A DNA stretch of 64,000 nt, from the NCBI GenBank assembly GCA_000708835.1, contig DF237022.1:164237-228236 (forward strand). Direction: 5' to 3'. Under the pieces are notes generated by a model. The model made no database searches and was not told the DNA's origin. It was given only the letters and a program-made list of their open reading frames with translations. Below are positions 59,950-64,000 of the stretch, one piece after another. The DNA comes from Klebsormidium nitens (Eukaryota > Plantae > Klebsormidiophyceae). Every line of letters starts with the position of its first letter. Position 1 is the first letter of the stretch. A program made the position numbers and the translations under genes.

Positions 59950-61351
59950 GCGATGGAACACTTGGCTACACCATGCAGACTCATGGCAACGGGCAATCAT
60001 GCAATAAGAATATGACAACCATTGTCCAGTCCTGTTTGAACCCTGGAACCCATAGAAATGTGGAAAATCAGCGTTGTATGCGGCGGTGTGCGCCGCGCGC
60101 CCGCCCATCGACATGCATGTTTGCCATGCAGGACCGGGCTCGACGGTAAAACGTACGGTACGGCAAAAGGAGATCGATGGGCTATTAAAGCGTGCATGCA
60201 AACCCCCATCCGTTGCACTGCGCAATTGACACTTTACGAATTGAATGACTCTGCATTGATTGCGGGGGATACCGATCAGTGTCCGTTGAGTGTACAATTT
60301 CGTGCATGGACTTCGGGACCGGCCGGGTACCGGCCATGAATTATGTACCTTGCTTCATTAGCATACAGTTGTTTGCGCATGCTGGTTCAACAGCTCACGG
60401 GCCCGTTCTGCTTCTGTCCGACCTTATATGCGTCGCGTGCTTCAGACCCAGTCTTGCCTTCGGCTTGCATGCGCTTGGTTTCTGGCCGTCTCTTCTTTGG
60501 CCTTTCTGTGTTTGATAACTGTGGGCTGAGTGCTGCTTCCTTGTTCGCCTCTAGGGGCGGACCCTCAGCTCTTAGATGAGAGTTGTAGCCAACCGCGTAG
60601 AGCCACGTCAAAAATACTACCCACTTAAGGGACAAGCAGCTAACTGGCGGACCTTGTCCCTAAACCACTTGACACAGCGTTGATTGCTGGCGTGAAAATT
60701 CATATCCTTGCGTGAATCTTCTTGTCCAGATTGGAGAATCAGGTGATGCCTTACCTTGACATCTTGGAGGAGTCGCCAAAGTCAAGTGTCTTCTTGGCCG
60801 ATGCAGCTTCTGAACTCCTCTTGAACCCAAGCCCTTTGTGCATCGGTCTGGTTGCAGGACGTGCGTGCCGTTGATAGGAGTTCACGGAGATCTGGAAAGG
60901 TTCTTAGAATCCCAGCACTGTAAACAGTATTAGTGGTTGATTGAGAAGGAGAGCTTGTTCCTTGTTTTTAGGGGGCGCTGGAATGACCGTACTGTCGCTT
61001 TGATGAGCTGGTTGACACGTTGACTGACCAGCGTGTTGATCCGTTCCTTTGGCATTCATCCGAGCAGCAATTTGAGCATTCATTCCTTTAGCATGTTGAC
61101 TGCATGCGAACAAGCAGATCAGAGTCCCATCATCATCTGTTTACCTAAGTTGTTCCGTGCCTTGAAGATAGACGTCACTCAAAGGACGACTGAACAGACC
61201 GTCTAGTTCTGATTTCTGAGCCTCAGAGTCCCTGAGCAGCTGAGTGGTGTGTTTTTGAAGAGTGTTCTTTCTTGGCAGCGGCGATACGTCTTCTTTCTCT
61301 TTGGTTCCGATTGTCTCCGTCCAATTGCTCCTTTTTTTCGTGTTTGTCAAC

Positions 61352-62022
61352 TGAGATTGATGGCGCGAAGGTGTCCGAGTTTCCGCTTCTTTGATGAACG
61401 TTTTCAGGTCGACCCCCTTTGATGACTTCAGCAGCCATTCCCTGCACTTTTTCGCTTGTGTTTGATGGCGCGAAGGTGTCCAAGTGTCCGATTTTTTGAC
61501 GAGAGTTTTCAGGTCGACCCCCTATATGACGTCAGCAGCCATTCCCTGCACTTTTAGCTTGTGTTTGATGGCGCGAAGGTGTCCAAGTGTCCGAGTTTTT
61601 GACAAAAGTTTTCAGGTCGACCCCCTATATGACGTCGGCAGCCATTCCTTGCACTTTTCGCTTGTGTTTGATGACGCGAAGGTGTCCAAGTGTCCGAGTT
61701 TTTGACGAAAGTTTTCAGGTCGACCCCCTTTATGACGTCGGCTGACATGCCCTGCACTTTTTCGCTTGTGATTGATGGCGCGAAGGTGTCCGAGTGTCCG
61801 AACTTTTGACGAAGGTTTTCAGGTCGACCCCCTTTGTGACGTCAGCAGCCATTCCCTGCACTTTTTCGCTTGTGGTTGATGGCTGGAAGGTGTCCGAGTA
61901 TCCGAGTTTTTGACGAAGGTTTTCAGGCCGACCCCCTTTGTGACGTCAGCAGCCATTCCCTACACTTTTTCGCTTGTGATTGATGGCTCGAAGGTATCCG
62001 AGTGTCCGAGTTTTTGACGCAA
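61352..62022. repeat. ~104-bp tandem satellite, at least 6.5 copies, running into a gap
   Basis: GATGGCGCGAAGG-type anchors at 61359, 61464, 61567, 61670, 61774, 61878 and 61982. The unit contains GTCGACCCCCT and TGACGTC. Confidence 0.97.
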
Positions 62023-62363
62023 NNNNNNNNNNNNNNNNNNNNNNNNNNNNNNNNNNNNNNNNNNNNNNNNNNNNNNNNNNNNNNNNNNNNNNNNNNNNNN
62101 NNNNNNNNNNNNNNNNNNNNNNNNNNNNNNNNNNNNNNNNNNNNNNNNNNNNNNNNNNNNNNNNNNNNNNNNNNNNNNNNNNNNNNNNNNNNNNNNNNNN
62201 NNNNNNNNNNNNNNNNNNNNNNNNNNNNNNNNNNNNNNNNNNNNNNNNNNNNNNNNNNNNNNNNNNNNNNNNNNNNNNNNNNNNNNNNNNNNNNNNNNNN
62301 NNNNNNNNNNNNNNNNNNNNNNNNNNNNNNNNNNNNNNNNNNNNNNNNNNNNNNNNNNNNNNN
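62023..62363. other. Assembly gap (341 N) between the satellite and the D5-like gene
   Basis: N run. Confidence 1.
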
Positions 62364-62539
62364 ATTTTTCTGTTCGCTTTCCCCTTTGTTGCTCCAGAAT
62401 GACGTCACCAACCATCCCCGACCATTTATCCGTTGTAAATGATCACGCCCATTTTGCTTTGATTGGTTTGCCTATCATGAATCCTCTAACTCCATTCCAC
62501 ATGCCCGCTCGCGTGCTTTTCATCCCAATTCCCGTGCAG

Positions 62540-63380
62540 GGAATGGCAAGGGAGTATGCAAGCAGATGCTGGGCGAATACTACGGCGTCATGTCAAAGAA
62601 CGCCGTGGTCAAGGCCCCTGGACAACACCCGCCGTTCGAGGGCGCCGCCACGGGCTACCTCGCCGAGCTCCAAGGGAATCGGGTGGCCGTGACGGACGAG
62701 ACGAGCCCGGGCGAGCGCGTCGACCTGGGATCCGTGCTCATGATGACCGGCGGGGGCAAAATCACCTCCCGGCTCCTCTTCCAGAACAACGTCTCCTTCC
62801 GCTTCATCCACACGCGCTTCATCCAGACCAACTACGACCCTAAGATCCCTCCAACCCTGGCCAAGCAGCCAAACATCGACCGCTGTCTCATCGTGGTTTG
62901 CTTCTCAAACGAGTACGTGTCCGAGAACAAGTTTGACGAGACCAACCCGAATCACAGGCATGTGGACATTGGGTTGAAGGACCAGATGGAGAGTCTGGCG
63001 GTGCGCGAGGAGTTCCTCACGTTTCTCGTCCAAGGAAGTCGGGCTTGGTACGAGGACCCCACGGTCTCGCGCAATCATCCGCCGGCCGTCCAAGAGGCCT
63101 CGATTGCATGGCTGCGGCGCGGAGACAAGCTGCAGATCTTCCTGCAGTCGGAACACTGCGAGCACGACGCACCGACGACACCCAACAATGCCAAGAGGGT
63201 ACATGGGAGGATGAGTTCTGGACGCAGTTCCAGAGATTTATCGGGGTTAAGATTACCAAGGAGGACTTGGCTAGGCAGATGCGAGAGAAGGGCTTTGCGA
63301 GAACGAAGCAAGCAGGGCGTTATGACGGGTCATCTCAGCGGAGCTCGTGTTACGTCGGCTTCAAGTGCGAGTATGATTAG
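62540..63380 (+). pseudogene. D5-like / SF3 primase-helicase C-terminal part (virus or Polinton-like origin), frameshifted
   Basis: GNGKG (Walker A), LAELQGNRVAVTDE (Walker B), MTGGGKITSRLLFQN, FIQTNYDPKI (motif C), DRCLIVVCF. The winged-helix-like tail TWEDEFWTQFQRF..DLARQMREKGF..YVGF is in a different frame (shift at ~63195). Confidence 0.85.
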
Positions 63381-63799
63381 TGTTTAGCGCCCGCCCATAG
63401 AGTCTATTTGCTTGCAAGTTTGCAATGGTCTTCCTTTGATGCATAGAGCACAAGAGATGTACATATTGCCCTTCTTTGGGAAATAGCTTAGGTGCCATAG
63501 GACGTGCTTTTGGGACGAATTTCACCAACCTTGCGGATGTACCGTGCTACATACAGTGACAATCTTCAGAGACCCCTGCTTTAATTTCATCAGTTGGATC
63601 TGCACGTAATGCCGAAACTAGTAAATCCACAATATCAAATATATGGTTGTAGACTTGATGTACAACCTCGTGTACAACCCCATGTTTTTTGAGTAATATG
63701 GAATTGCTCATGCCACTTTGTTGAAGTCTTGGTCAAAAAGTCGAGTAGCATACATGTGCTGTGAACCGCGGCTCATGGTTCATCAAGTCAGGAGCCTTG

Positions 63800-64000
63800 C
63801 CCTCAGCTAAACCCCCTCAGCCTAACCCCCCTCTGCTCTCTGCTTGACCCCCTCAGCCTGACCCCCTCGGCTTGACCCCCTCGGCTTGACCCCCCTGAGC
63901 CTGACCCCCCTCCACTCTCTGCTTGACCCCTTGAGCCTAACCCCCTCGGCCTGACCCCCTCTGCCTGACCCCCTGAGCCCGACCCCCTCTGTCTGACCCC
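63800..64000. repeat. ~14-bp C-rich minisatellite (TGACCCCCTCRGCC/T), continuing past the window end
   Basis: About 13 imperfect units such as tgaccccctcggct and tgaccccctcagcc; some units read CCTAACCCC. Confidence 0.95.

Noticed and set aside
60700-61350. Minus-strand fragments left of the satellite as the missing part of a gene
   Set aside because: They are on the opposite strand to D5, the frames are short, and no coherent exon chain or family could be found.
61352-62022. CRISPR-like array
   Set aside because: Whole 104-bp units repeat with no unique spacers, and the context is eukaryotic with no cas genes.

Overview
Intron-rich eukaryotic genomic DNA with GT-AG introns, three N-gaps and plant-type genes, most consistent with a streptophyte green alga such as Klebsormidium (inference from gene content and style, not verified). 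Gene models were reconstructed by hand from splice signals and frame continuity. They are: an ALMT anion channel (-); a FAN/NSMAF-type GRAM-BEACH-WD40 protein (+); TXNDC17/TRP14 (-); an uncharacterised 6-exon protein with a SHI/STY-like Zn finger and RNI-like LRRs (+); a secreted Thr/Pro-rich glycoprotein with a twice-repeated 6-Cys module (-); a disabled coiled-coil gene (-); a long pseudokinase-U-box-SEL1 fusion gene with a repeat-rich, possibly NB-ARC-like N-terminus (-); and, head-to-head with it, a Crinkler/CR-type REase+kinase effector-like gene (+). The right end holds a frameshifted virus-like D5/SF3 helicase between a 104-bp satellite and a 14-bp minisatellite that share a GACCCCCT core. 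The most striking unexplained structure is that several introns are built from serial, decaying tandem copies of the adjacent exon-intron junction. In the FAN gene these copies have a tight 147-186 bp period (mean about 162 bp), close to nucleosome/Okazaki-fragment length.
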